DNA from: an uncultured Methanosarcinales archaeon
Lineage (GTDB): Archaea > Nanobdellota > Nanobdellia > Woesearchaeales > GW2011-AR9
Direction: 5' to 3'
DNA: 64,000 bases
NCBI GenBank assembly: GCA_964576385.1
Contig: CAZNUS010000002.1
Coordinates: 7,844-71,843, forward strand
In this document: positions 28,646 to 38,490 of the stretch, one piece after another
Layout: each line of letters begins with the position of its first letter
How positions within the stretch are numbered: position 1 is the stretch's first letter
Made by a program: the position numbers and the translations under genes
The notes under the pieces: generated by a model
What the model was told of the DNA's origin: nothing
The model's input: only the letters and a program-made list of their open reading frames with translations
Databases searched by the model: none

Positions 28646-29356
28646 CTAATGCAACTTCATCATTAACCTAAAAAAAGTAACCGCACTTAAGCAATAAGCT
28701 CCTATATAAGCTAAATCACTAATCATGCCTAAGGTTCCGTATATCCCTTGTGAAGAGGTATAGATATACAACAAATCCCCTAATAAAAAACCAATATTGG
28801 CATAAAACAAAAGGATAAGTTTTTGCTCATAAGGATCAACATTGCGGAAATGAAATAGAAGATTTGCTGATGTAATTAAAATTAATGTGCTCATGATAGG
28901 ATAAAAATAACCTAAGAAAACATTTCCTTGGCTTTTTGTAGCTTCTAGGTCTATAGTAGATACAAAATAAGTTACCACTACTGCTAATATTGCTCCAAGG
29001 ATCAATAAGATATTTAATTTTGATAATTCACCATTATTTTTATAAAGAGTATAACTAAGCGCAATAAAGGACAAGAACATAACTGCAGAACCGCTAACCC
29101 AGTATAAGTCCGGTATACTTACGGTTGGTGGCATTTCAAATACTTTGAATAGTAAGTACCAGCTTAATTCTCCTAATGCAAATAAAACGTAGCCGGTAAT
29201 TAAAAAGAAAAAGATAAAAAATTTTAGGTCAGAAAACAATTCTTCTAATTTATCTTTAAATAAGCTATTTATTACAATTATGCCTAAAATAGCTGTAAGT
29301 AAAGCAAAAATCAGAGTTATAAGGTAAAGGTTACCCTGAAGAGCTTCTACGACCAT
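28646..29356 (-). CDS. Polytopic membrane protein (hypothetical)
   Basis: 236 aa with about 7 hydrophobic helices. Confidence 0.4.
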   Translation of the reverse strand: MVVEALQGNLYLITLIFALLTAILGIIVINSLFKDKLEELFSDLKFFIFFFLITGYVLFALGELSWYLLFKVFEMPPTVSIPDLYWVSGSAVMFLSFIALSYTLYKNNGELSKLNILLILGAILAVVVTYFVSTIDLEATKSQGNVFLGYFYPIMSTLILITSANLLFHFRNVDPYEQKLILLFYANIGFLLGDLLYIYTSSQGIYGTLGMISDLAYIGAYCLSAVTFFRLMMKLH

Positions 29357-29523
29357 ATTATAATCACCATATTCTAACTCTCTTTTTATACTAGTTATTC
29401 TTTTTAGGAATGTTTAACTATTATATAAATCGTTCGGAAATACATTCGGAAATGCTTTAGCTGATTGAACTATGTCATAGTTAAAATAAAGGACGGCGAT
29501 ACTTTTATAATCCCTTAAATAAT

Positions 29524-29585
29524 CCTTTAACTACACTAACAAAAGAGAAATATCCCTTTAACTACATAAACAAACGAGAGATATC
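29524..29585. repeat. Tandem 31-nt direct repeat (x2, plus partial copies) upstream of pepF
   Basis: cctttaactacactaacaaaagagaaatatc and cctttaactacataaacaaacgagagatatc, with further ccctttaac copies at 29511 and 29612. Confidence 0.6.
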
Positions 29586-29637
29586 ATGAGAGATATCTTT
29601 TCAAAAAATAACCCTTTAACAAAAGTGGAATAATTAT

Positions 29638-31377
29638 ATGGCTTATAAAACATCTTCTTGGGATTTAAGAGAAATAACCCCAAAAAATATTGATCTAGAA
29701 TTAAAAGAGATAGGATTACTTGCAGCTGCTTTGGAAAAGAAAAGAAACTTACTAACCAATAATATTTCAGCAAACGAATTTTTATCTTTAGTTAAGGAAT
29801 TTGAACAGTTAAGAGTAAAAATAAGTAAAATAAGTTCTTATACTTCTTTAAAGTTCTCGGAGAACACTGCCGATCAGCAGATAGGGGCGGAAATGTCTAA
29901 AGTTGAGACTGCTTTAGCAAAAATAAGTAATAAGCTTCTATTTTTTAGTCTCTGGTTTAAAGACATGCCTGAAGCAAAAGCAAAAGAGTTAATCAATGCC
30001 AGCGGACCATACAGGTATCATTTTGAACAGTTAAGGGTGCTTAAGCCATATACACTTCAAGAGAGGGAAGAGCAGATTATTAATCTCAAAGATACTACTG
30101 GTGTTTCAGCATTAAACAATATCTATAATATTCTAACCTCGCAATTTAAATTTAGTGTTCAAGGGAAAGAAATAACCCAGGAAGAACTGTTATCTTTGTG
30201 CCGTAGTTCATCCAAAAATACCCGACAAGAAGCTTATACCCAGTTATTGACCAAGTATCGCGAGTATAACGGTGTGATAGGGGAAATTTACAAAAACGTT
30301 GTCAATGACTGGAGGGAAGAACATATTGGTTTAAGAGGCTATAAAAGCCCGATCTCGGTAAGAAACATTGCTAATGATATTCCTGATAAAGCCGTAGAAG
30401 CGCTGTTAAAAGTATGTGATAAAAATCAGCATTTATTTCAGCGTTTTTTTGAAATAAAAAGGAACAAATTAGGGATAAAGAATATGACCAGATTTGATAT
30501 CTATGCCTCTGTGGAAGAGAAACAACAGAAAACCGCTTACCACCAAGCAGCACAAATGGTGCTGGAATCATTTGACGCATTTTCACCTTTATTTAGAGAA
30601 AAAGCAGAAACTATTTTGGATTCAAACCATGTCCATTCCCAAGTTCAAAAGAAAAAAATGTCCGGAGCTTTTTGTGCTAATGTGAACACTAAAATACCCC
30701 CTTATGTTTTATTAAATTACACTGGCGATCTTCGCTGTGTTTCTACATTGGCTCATGAATTAGGGCATGGTGTCCATGATATGCTTTCTTCCATTCAGAC
30801 CGAGTTTACTCATCAAGCCTGTTTGCCATTAGCAGAAACGGCATCAATCCTTTCTGAGATGCTGCTTACCCAGAGCCTTATGAAACAGGATCCTAAAAAA
30901 GCGTCAGTATTGCTATTTTACAAATTAGATGATCTCTATGCCTCTATAATTAGACAGGCTAGTTTTGTAAATTTTGAAATTAAAGCTCATCTGATGATGG
31001 AGCAAGGGAAAACTATACAAGAGATCAGCGATTGTTATTTGTTAGACTTAAAAAAACAGTTAGGATCAAAGATAACAGTAGATAAGCTCTTTGCTTATGA
31101 ATGGATGTATGTTTCCCATTTTTTTCATGCTCCGTTTTACTGTTATGCCTATGCTTTCGGGAACCTGCTGACATTAGCATTGTATGAGATGTATGAAGAG
31201 CAAGGAGAGGAAATGGTGCCAAAAATCATTGAAATGCTTAGTAAAGGCGGAAGTGAATCACCGGTTAAAATTACCGACAGATTAGGCATAGATATATCTT
31301 CAGAAGAATTTTGGCAGAAAGGTTTTTTAGCGATAGAAAAGATGATCAGAACAGTTGATAAGAACAGTTGGAAGTAA
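29638..31377 (+). CDS. pepF: Oligoendopeptidase F (M3 family)
   Basis: HELGHGVH zinc motif and M3B-like length and organisation. Confidence 0.85.
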   Translation: MAYKTSSWDLREITPKNIDLELKEIGLLAAALEKKRNLLTNNISANEFLSLVKEFEQLRVKISKISSYTSLKFSENTADQQIGAEMSKVETALAKISNKLLFFSLWFKDMPEAKAKELINASGPYRYHFEQLRVLKPYTLQEREEQIINLKDTTGVSALNNIYNILTSQFKFSVQGKEITQEELLSLCRSSSKNTRQEAYTQLLTKYREYNGVIGEIYKNVVNDWREEHIGLRGYKSPISVRNIANDIPDKAVEALLKVCDKNQHLFQRFFEIKRNKLGIKNMTRFDIYASVEEKQQKTAYHQAAQMVLESFDAFSPLFREKAETILDSNHVHSQVQKKKMSGAFCANVNTKIPPYVLLNYTGDLRCVSTLAHELGHGVHDMLSSIQTEFTHQACLPLAETASILSEMLLTQSLMKQDPKKASVLLFYKLDDLYASIIRQASFVNFEIKAHLMMEQGKTIQEISDCYLLDLKKQLGSKITVDKLFAYEWMYVSHFFHAPFYCYAYAFGNLLTLALYEMYEEQGEEMVPKIIEMLSKGGSESPVKITDRLGIDISSEEFWQKGFLAIEKMIRTVDKNSWK

Positions 31378-31423
31378 TTAAGTTATAATAAGGTACCCTC
31401 ACATTAACTAAAATATAGTAGCG

Positions 31424-31563
31424 AACATTATTTTATTTTAATGATTTATCGCTACTATACTCTAAAATAACCCTCAGTTATTTTATGTACAAAAATGAAT
31501 AGTTTTTCATTTTTTGTATATCAAAAACATAACTATTTAGATTATTAATTATGTTTTTTAGTA
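31424..31563. repeat. Intergenic repeat family 3, copy 2
   Basis: Hairpin tagtagcgaaca...atcgctacta plus the conserved 41-nt block ending in a T-run. Confidence 0.6.
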
Positions 31564-31578
31564 TAATATGCTGGTATG

Positions 31579-31628
31579 GGTTGCTAGTAATAGATAAATA
31601 GAAGGTTGCCAGTAATAGATAAACAGAA
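31579..31628. promoter_or_regulatory. Two 25-nt direct repeats abutting the copB start codon
   Basis: ggttgctagtaatagataaatagaa and ggttgccagtaatagataaacagaa run end to end. The ATG is at 31629. Confidence 0.5.
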
Positions 31629-33764
31629 ATGGTAAACTACCAATGTCCTAAATGCGGGATGAAATACAGCCTGCCCGGAAAGTGTACCATGGATGGTGCA
31701 AAGCTGATTAAACAGGAAGATCAGAAATATCCTTCTTCTTCTTCTGGTGTTCAAAAAACCAATCATAGAATGCATCGAAATTATAAACTGCATCAAGATG
31801 GTGAACATTCTAGGAATCATCATTCGCATCACGAAATGATGGTTCGGGATTTTAAGAAAAGATTCTTTATTTCCTTAGCGTTGACTTTTCCTGTACTTTT
31901 GCTAACTCCTTTGGTTCAAAAAGTACTTGGGTTGAATATCACTTTTAAAGGGGATATTTATGTACTATTTGCACTATCAGCAGTAGTGTTTTTTTACGCT
32001 GGATTACCGTTTCTTAAAGGAAGTATAGACGAATTAAAAAACAAGCTTCCGGGAATGATGACCTTGATTGCTACCGCTATTAGCAGTGCTTTTATTTATA
32101 GTTCTATAGTTGTATTTGGGCTGAAGGGAGAAATATTTTTCTGGGAACTAGTTACTCTTATTGATATAATGCTTCTGGGGCACTGGATAGAAATGCGTTC
32201 AGTAATGGGGGCTTCTAAAGCTTTGGAAGCGCTGGCAAAACTGGTGCCTTCTGAAGCCCATTTGGTAAAAGGAAAAAGAATAATGAATGTTCCTATTTCT
32301 AATTTAGTTCCAGGTGATATTGTTTTAGTTAAGCCGGGAGAAAAAGTACCTTCTGATGGAATTATCTTTCGTGGGGAGAGCAGCTTAAATGAATCAATGT
32401 TAACGGGGGAGTCAAAACCAGTAAGCAAAAAAAAAGGAGATAAAGTAATCGGCGCTTCCATTAATGGGGAAGGGGCTTTATACATAAAAATAACTAATAC
32501 CGGAGAGAAAACTTACCTTTCACAAGTAATTCAATTAGTTAAACAAGCGCAAGAATCAAAATCAAAAACTCAGGATTTAGCTAACAGAGCAGCTACTTGG
32601 TTGACTCTGATTTCAATTTCTATTGGAACTCTTACGCTGGCCCTATGGCTTATGCTTGGAAAAGATCTTGCATTTGGTCTGGAAAGGATGGTAACTATTA
32701 TGATTATTACTTGTCCCCATGCTTTAGGTTTAGCAGTTCCTTTAGTTGTGGCCGTATCTACTGCAATATCTGCAAAAAATGGTTTTCTTATTAGAGATAG
32801 AGTTGCTTTTGAGAATATTAGGGATATAGATACGATTGTTTTCGACAAGACAGGGACTCTTACTAAAGGTGAGTTTGGCGTAACTGATATAGTTACCGAT
32901 GGATTAACTAAAAAAGAAGTATTGTTTTATGCTGCATCATTGGAGATTAATTCAGAGCATCCTATCGCTAAAGGTATAGTCAAAAAGGCAACAGAAGAAA
33001 GGATAAGGATTGGTAAGACTAAAAAATTTAAGGCTCTTCCAGGAAAGGGTATTCAGGGTGTTATTGGTAAGAAAGATATAATGGTGGTTGGTCCTTCCTA
33101 TCTTGCTGAAAAAGGCATAAAGCCAAATAAGATCAGCATTGAATTAGAACATCAAGGAAAAACAGTAATTTACATTCTTATTAAAAATAAGCTATTTGGA
33201 GCAATAGCTCTTGCTGATATCATCAGAGAAGAATCAAAGGAAGCAATCAGTACCTTAAAATCCATGGGGATAAAATGTATGATGTTAACTGGTGATAATC
33301 AAAAAGTTGCTGAATGGGTTTCTAAAGAATTAGGGTTGGATGATTTTTTTGCAGGAGTTCTACCAGATCAGAAAGCTAAAACGATCAAAAAGATTCAATC
33401 AAGAGGGTTAAAAGTAGTCATGGTAGGAGACGGTGTAAATGATGCTCCAGCGTTGGTGCAGGCCGATGCAGGTATCGCTATTGGCGCTGGAACGGACGTT
33501 GCTATAGAATCTGCTGATATAGTTTTAGTCAGGAATGATCCTCGTGATGTTGCTTCAATAATAGGTTTAGCTAAAGCAACGTATTCCAAAATGAAACAAA
33601 ATTTACTATGGGCTACTGGATATAATATTGTTGCTATCCCTCTGGCAGCCGGAGTGATGTATCACCAAGGGTTATTATTAAGCCCTGCTTTAGGAGCAGT
33701 ATTTATGTCTTTAAGTACGATCGTTGTAGCTATTAATGCCCGGCTGTTAAAGCTAAAGAAGTAA
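31629..33764 (+). CDS. copB: P1B-type heavy-metal ATPase, CopB-like (CPH motif, His-rich N-terminus)
   Basis: N-terminal CPKCG...C zinc-ribbon-like segment, then a His-rich stretch (HRMHRNYKLHQDGEHSRNHHSHHE). TM motif ITCPHALGLAVP. DKTGT and GDGVNDAP are present. Confidence 0.9.
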   Translation: MVNYQCPKCGMKYSLPGKCTMDGAKLIKQEDQKYPSSSSGVQKTNHRMHRNYKLHQDGEHSRNHHSHHEMMVRDFKKRFFISLALTFPVLLLTPLVQKVLGLNITFKGDIYVLFALSAVVFFYAGLPFLKGSIDELKNKLPGMMTLIATAISSAFIYSSIVVFGLKGEIFFWELVTLIDIMLLGHWIEMRSVMGASKALEALAKLVPSEAHLVKGKRIMNVPISNLVPGDIVLVKPGEKVPSDGIIFRGESSLNESMLTGESKPVSKKKGDKVIGASINGEGALYIKITNTGEKTYLSQVIQLVKQAQESKSKTQDLANRAATWLTLISISIGTLTLALWLMLGKDLAFGLERMVTIMIITCPHALGLAVPLVVAVSTAISAKNGFLIRDRVAFENIRDIDTIVFDKTGTLTKGEFGVTDIVTDGLTKKEVLFYAASLEINSEHPIAKGIVKKATEERIRIGKTKKFKALPGKGIQGVIGKKDIMVVGPSYLAEKGIKPNKISIELEHQGKTVIYILIKNKLFGAIALADIIREESKEAISTLKSMGIKCMMLTGDNQKVAEWVSKELGLDDFFAGVLPDQKAKTIKKIQSRGLKVVMVGDGVNDAPALVQADAGIAIGAGTDVAIESADIVLVRNDPRDVASIIGLAKATYSKMKQNLLWATGYNIVAIPLAAGVMYHQGLLLSPALGAVFMSLSTIVVAINARLLKLKK

Positions 33765-33880
33765 ATAGTAAGAATTAATGGTTATTTCTTTTTATTTCTT
33801 AACTGGGTCTAATACCCATAGCTGTTTCTGCTAGGAAACCCCAGAAACCGCAGTTTCTGATGTGCTGTGATTGGAATTTT

Positions 33881-35059
33881 TTATTCTTTTCCAGCAGCTT
33901 CTTTTACTGCTAGAGCAATACTGTCTGCAACTCCTCTGTCAAAAATGGAAGGAATGACTGTATCGATGGTGGGATTAACATGTCTGCTTAAGGCAAGGCT
34001 AGCTGCTAGCTTCATACCTAAAGTTATTTTTTTAGCTCTTGCATCAATTGCGCCGCGGAAAATTCCCGGAAAAGCCAATGCATTATTGATTTGGTTAGGA
34101 AAATCGCTTCTGCCTGTTCCGATAATACATGCTCCCCACTTTTTAGCATCATCAGGAAGCACTTCAGGTTGAGGATTGGCTAAAGCAAAAATAATCGGTT
34201 TATCTGCCATGGACTTAATCATCTTTTCAGTAAGAATATTCCCTTTACTTACCCCTATAAAAACATCAGCAGTTCTTAGAGCTTCAGATAATCCGCCGGA
34301 TATATTTTTTGGATTGGTCAGCTTCAGCAATAATTTTTTAGGTTCATTTAAATCTAACCTATCTTTAGAAATAATCCCTTGCGAATCACAAACAATTATC
34401 TCTTTAACAGGCAGGTCAAAATGGCTGCGAAATTCTGCAGGTGCTGGTAAAGAGAGTAATTTTGTTATAGCAGTTCCAGCAGCCCCTGCTCCGTTTATTA
34501 CTATCTTAATCTCAGAAATCTTTTTTCCTGTTAATTTTAAAGAATTATATAACGCTGCAAGTACGATAACTGCAGTTCCATGCTGATCATCATGAAATAC
34601 TGGAATTCCTATTTCTTGCAATCTTTCTTCAATTTCAAAACATCTAGGAGCTGAAATATCTTCTAAATTTATTCCGGCAAAATTAACTGCAATATTTTTT
34701 ACAATAGAGATTATCTCTTCTGTATTTTGAGTAGATATACAAACTGGAAAGGCATCGATTCCTGCAAATGTTTTAAACAATATTGCTTTCCCTTCCATCA
34801 CCGGAAGGCCTGCTTCTGCGCCGATGTTTCCTAAACCTAGGACTGCTGATCCATCAGAAACAATTGCAACGGTATTTTTTTTGATAGTAAGACCGTAAAC
34901 TTTTGATTTATCTTCAGCAATTGCTTTACATGCTTCAGCTACCCCTGGGGTATAAATTAAGGAGAGGTCATGTTTATCTTTAACTGGATATTTAGAAATA
35001 GTTGATATTTTTCCCCCTAATTTGGCGTGTAATTGTAATGATTCTTGATAGATATCCAT
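33881..35059 (-). CDS. NAD(P)-dependent malic enzyme
   Basis: LSLIYTPGVA and VSDGSAVLGLGNIG are present. The Rossmann motif is INGAGAAG. About 390 aa, the short prokaryotic form. Confidence 0.9.
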   Translation of the reverse strand: MDIYQESLQLHAKLGGKISTISKYPVKDKHDLSLIYTPGVAEACKAIAEDKSKVYGLTIKKNTVAIVSDGSAVLGLGNIGAEAGLPVMEGKAILFKTFAGIDAFPVCISTQNTEEIISIVKNIAVNFAGINLEDISAPRCFEIEERLQEIGIPVFHDDQHGTAVIVLAALYNSLKLTGKKISEIKIVINGAGAAGTAITKLLSLPAPAEFRSHFDLPVKEIIVCDSQGIISKDRLDLNEPKKLLLKLTNPKNISGGLSEALRTADVFIGVSKGNILTEKMIKSMADKPIIFALANPQPEVLPDDAKKWGACIIGTGRSDFPNQINNALAFPGIFRGAIDARAKKITLGMKLAASLALSRHVNPTIDTVIPSIFDRGVADSIALAVKEAAGKE

Positions 35060-35123
35060 CCTATCTGGATGCAGATGGGTGATACTACTTAAATTTTACT
35101 CAATAATCCCTCTAAATCTATTT

Positions 35124-35579
35124 CTAGATTAATCTTTTTCTGATAGCATAATCTAACGATGTTGAGAGATAGTCCTTCACAGTCATTCCTGAAGAAAGCC
35201 CCATTGTTTCTAAATGTTTTCTTCTATCATCTGTAACTTGTTTATGCTCAACTTCAGCGTGGGATGGCACATCCAATAATTCCACTGCACCTTGTAAAGC
35301 TAAACAATAGGCTAAAGTTCCTATTCCCCGTCTCTCTAAACCTTGGTAAATCACTAAAGGATAAAATCTTTCCCAGTACAACGTTTGGTTATTATAGATT
35401 AAACTACACCACCCTATTTTATCATGATCTAAGAAGAAGTGGATTCCTAAATAACCTCTTTTAGGATTACTGCTGGTACGGATTTGCGTAGGTCTCAAAA
35501 GTAAATTCCCTAAAGTAAATTCCCGCTTCTGCTCGTTCATTCCTTTATTTATTGAGCAATATTTTTTAAATGTAATCAT
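35124..35579 (-). CDS. GNAT-like acetyltransferase (putative)
   Basis: 151 aa with a weak acetyl-CoA motif, QGLERRGIGT. Confidence 0.35.
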   Translation of the reverse strand: MITFKKYCSINKGMNEQKREFTLGNLLLRPTQIRTSSNPKRGYLGIHFFLDHDKIGWCSLIYNNQTLYWERFYPLVIYQGLERRGIGTLAYCLALQGAVELLDVPSHAEVEHKQVTDDRRKHLETMGLSSGMTVKDYLSTSLDYAIRKRLI

Positions 35580-35780
35580 TATTTTTAAAAATAATCACTG
35601 AAGAAGATAAATATAGGCTATATACTCTATCAAAAGATAAATAGAGACAATATGATCCCTCAAAATATTATTATAGCAAATCACACTAATATTCGTAGCT
35701 TTTCGTTGTGATTTGCTTATTAGGAAATCACAAAAAACATACAAAAATTAAAGTTATTTCCGGTAGTTTAGTAAAAAATA

Positions 35781-35840
35781 TAAATCATATTTAATAACCA
35801 TAAACCATATTTAATAACCAGAAATTATATTTAATAACCG
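35781..35840. repeat. Three tandem 20-nt repeats (TATA-like core ATATTTAATAACC) 12 nt upstream of dph2
   Basis: taaatcatatttaataacca, taaaccatatttaataacca and gaaattatatttaataaccg. Confidence 0.6.
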
Positions 35841-35852
35841 CACCAAGGAAAA

Positions 35853-36119
35853 ATGTCTAGCTACGATTTAGAATTAGAGAAAGCTGTACAAGAGATATGT
35901 AAGACTAAGGCTAAGCTAGTTTGTGTTCAACTACCGGATGGACTAAAACCAGAAGCAGAGATCATACAAGTAGAAATTACTGCTAAAACTGATGCTCAGG
36001 TAGTCATCTGGTTAGGCTCTTGTTTTGGTGCTTGTGATATCCCTTTTGGGTTAAAAGAATTAGGGGTAGATCTATTACTTTGCTGGGGGCATGCTCCCTT
36101 TAGAAAGGAGATGTGGTGA
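35853..36119 (+). CDS. dph2: Diphthamide synthase Dph2, N-terminal domain (split gene, part 1)
   Basis: VCVQLPDGL and GSCFGACD, with the domain-1 Cys. It ends at TGA 36117-36119. Confidence 0.75.
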   Translation: MSSYDLELEKAVQEICKTKAKLVCVQLPDGLKPEAEIIQVEITAKTDAQVVIWLGSCFGACDIPFGLKELGVDLLLCWGHAPFRKEMW

Positions 36120-36826
36120 CCATGAAAGTAGCTTATATCGAAGCATTTTACAACAGACCTATCAATATAGATCAGAAAACATTAAATTATTTGAAAAAGT
36201 ACCCTACTATTGCAATGTATTCATCTATCCAGTTTCTCCGAGCATTGCCCAATATTGAACAGCAGTTAAAAAAAGCAGGCATTAAGGTTATCACATCACA
36301 GCCGAAAAGGACTGCGCATAGCGGGCAACTGTTGGGGTGTGATGTCGATGAGCAATCTTTAAAGTTAACTACTGAATTGCAAGAAGCGCATGCCTTTTTG
36401 TACATTGGTGATGGAAAATTCCATCCCTTTGCTTTGCTTTATGCACTAGAAGGAACTTCTAAGGAACTCATTTGTTATGATCCATTTAATTCTAGGATGG
36501 AAATAATGGAGATAGGTATTGTGCAAAGGAATAATAAGAAAAATCAGGCAGCGTTAGCCAAATTTTATCACTCTCAAAACATAGGTGTTCTTATTTCAAT
36601 TAAACCAGGACAGCAGTTCTTAAAGCAGTCCCTAGAACTAAAGCAGAAGTATCCGCAAAAAACCTTTTATTATTTTATTGATGACAAGATTTCTTTTGAT
36701 CAGTTAGAAAACTTTCCTTTTATTGATGTTTGGATCAATACTGCTTGTCCTAGGATTGGGTTAGATGATATTGATAAGTTTAGGAAAGGCGTCGTTAATT
36801 TAAGAGATGTTTATTATAGCAAATAA
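36113..36826 (+). CDS. dph2: Diphthamide synthase Dph2, domains 2-3 (split gene, part 2)
   Basis: LYIGDGKFHP motif. Reading frame +2 relative to part 1. The likely start is ATG 36122, 2 nt after the part-1 stop, with an SD-like GGAG/GGTGA just upstream. Parts 1 and 2 together give ~325 aa, the length of a full Dph2. Confidence 0.75.
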   Translation: MVTMKVAYIEAFYNRPINIDQKTLNYLKKYPTIAMYSSIQFLRALPNIEQQLKKAGIKVITSQPKRTAHSGQLLGCDVDEQSLKLTTELQEAHAFLYIGDGKFHPFALLYALEGTSKELICYDPFNSRMEIMEIGIVQRNNKKNQAALAKFYHSQNIGVLISIKPGQQFLKQSLELKQKYPQKTFYYFIDDKISFDQLENFPFIDVWINTACPRIGLDDIDKFRKGVVNLRDVYYSK

Positions 36827-37001
36827 CTTTACAAAGAAAAGAAATGGGGATTAATGTAATTTTCTATAGCTTTATACAACCTATAAGAAAGGACTCTAAA
36901 AACAGTCCCTTCAGCGCTTACGTTACTAAAAAGTCCCACATTCCAAACATTTAAAAACCAGTAAAAAAACTCTAATAAAACCAGACAACAAGGCAATTAC
37001 A

Positions 37002-38045
37002 ATGACCATCAACCCAATGCTTACAGATTCAGAAGTTCATTTGCTCAGAGAGGAATTAGCTACTGCTAAAAACCCTTTATTTTTGTATGATGGCGACGGC
37101 GATGGTTTAACTTCCTTTTTGTTATTGTATAAGATTAATCGTGAAGGAAAAGGCATTGCTTTAAACATGACATCTATCGTTGATGAGCAGTTTATACGGA
37201 AAGTGCAGGAAATAGATCCAGATAAGATATTTATTCTAGATGTACCTTTAGTAAAACAAGAATTTGTTGATCAGGCAAAAAGGCCTATTTTTTGGATAGA
37301 CCATCATCCGCCAGGGAAGATCACTAAAGTGAAATATTTTAATCCTCGGTTGAAAGATAAGGACGCATATATCCCTACGAGCAGAATGTGCTGGCAGGTT
37401 TCCCAGCATCCAGAAGATTTATGGATAGCTGCTGCTGGAAGCTTAGCTGATTACCATCTCCCTGATTTTATTGATGATTTCATTAAGGCATACCCAGACT
37501 ATCTTGACCAAAAATTAGATTTAAAGACTATCCTATATCATAAGCAGGTAGGAAAATTGGTGAAATTATTTTTTTTCCTGCAGAAAGGGCCTTCTTCAGA
37601 AGTAAGAAAATCAGTAAAAATCTTAACTAGGGTAAAATCTCCTGATGAAATTTTCAAGCAGACAACAGCGCAAGGTAAATTTCTCTATAAGCGTTTTGTA
37701 GTTATTAATGAAATGTATGAAGAGCTATTAGTTGAAGCAAAAAAATCTGTAACAAAAGAAAAATTAGTTCTCTTTAATTATACTGAAAAGAAATGGTCTT
37801 TTACAGCTAATCTCTCTAACGAATTATTTGGTTTATTTCCAGAAAAAATAATTCTTATCGCCAGAAGAAAGTCTGGAGAAGTGAAGTGTAGCTTAAGGGG
37901 TATAAACGTCCTATCGATATTACAGAATGCTCTACAAGGGATAGAGGGGCATGGTGGAGGACATCCTGAAGCTTGCGGTGCGGTAATAAAAGAGCAGGAT
38001 TGGGAACAGTTCTTGGATAATTTCAAGAGGGAGATGAATGCTTAA
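37002..38045 (+). CDS. DHH/DHHA1 phosphoesterase (NrnA/RecJ-like)
   Basis: DGDGDGLTS, IDHH and GHGGGHPEACGA motifs. Confidence 0.8.
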   Translation: MTINPMLTDSEVHLLREELATAKNPLFLYDGDGDGLTSFLLLYKINREGKGIALNMTSIVDEQFIRKVQEIDPDKIFILDVPLVKQEFVDQAKRPIFWIDHHPPGKITKVKYFNPRLKDKDAYIPTSRMCWQVSQHPEDLWIAAAGSLADYHLPDFIDDFIKAYPDYLDQKLDLKTILYHKQVGKLVKLFFFLQKGPSSEVRKSVKILTRVKSPDEIFKQTTAQGKFLYKRFVVINEMYEELLVEAKKSVTKEKLVLFNYTEKKWSFTANLSNELFGLFPEKIILIARRKSGEVKCSLRGINVLSILQNALQGIEGHGGGHPEACGAVIKEQDWEQFLDNFKREMNA

Positions 38046-38490
38046 ATCATTGCTGGTTTTGTTAATAGCCTTAAGTGGATTATTTTTTGGTTATATCTTA
38101 ACTTTAATTGCTCAGGAAGAATTATCCTTTGGGAAAAAATATTTTATTTTGGTTAAGAGACTTATTTTCTTAATTATTACATTAGTAGTATTAATCTTTT
38201 TTTGGAGAAATTGGATGTATTTTAGTTTATTTTTAATAGTGAGTATGTCCGTGTTTAGTTTACAATTAAATTATGCCTATTGGTGGATGGAATTACTGAA
38301 TTATAGTTTACTTATGGGCAGTTATTTAGTTATGGAATTTATTGTTGATGCTGATATCTCATCAAAGTTATTGATTGCCAGCCTTATATTCTTATATGGA
38401 CTGCCCGCAGGAACATTGATTTTTTCTAAACTTCTTCAAACAAATAGCTCTCATAAATCAAAGAAGAATAAATCACACCGGGAAAAATGA
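38038..38490 (+). CDS. Small polytopic membrane protein (hypothetical)
   Basis: 150 aa, 4 hydrophobic segments, basic tail. Confidence 0.4.
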   Translation: MLKSLLVLLIALSGLFFGYILTLIAQEELSFGKKYFILVKRLIFLIITLVVLIFFWRNWMYFSLFLIVSMSVFSLQLNYAYWWMELLNYSLLMGSYLVMEFIVDADISSKLLIASLIFLYGLPAGTLIFSKLLQTNSSHKSKKNKSHREK

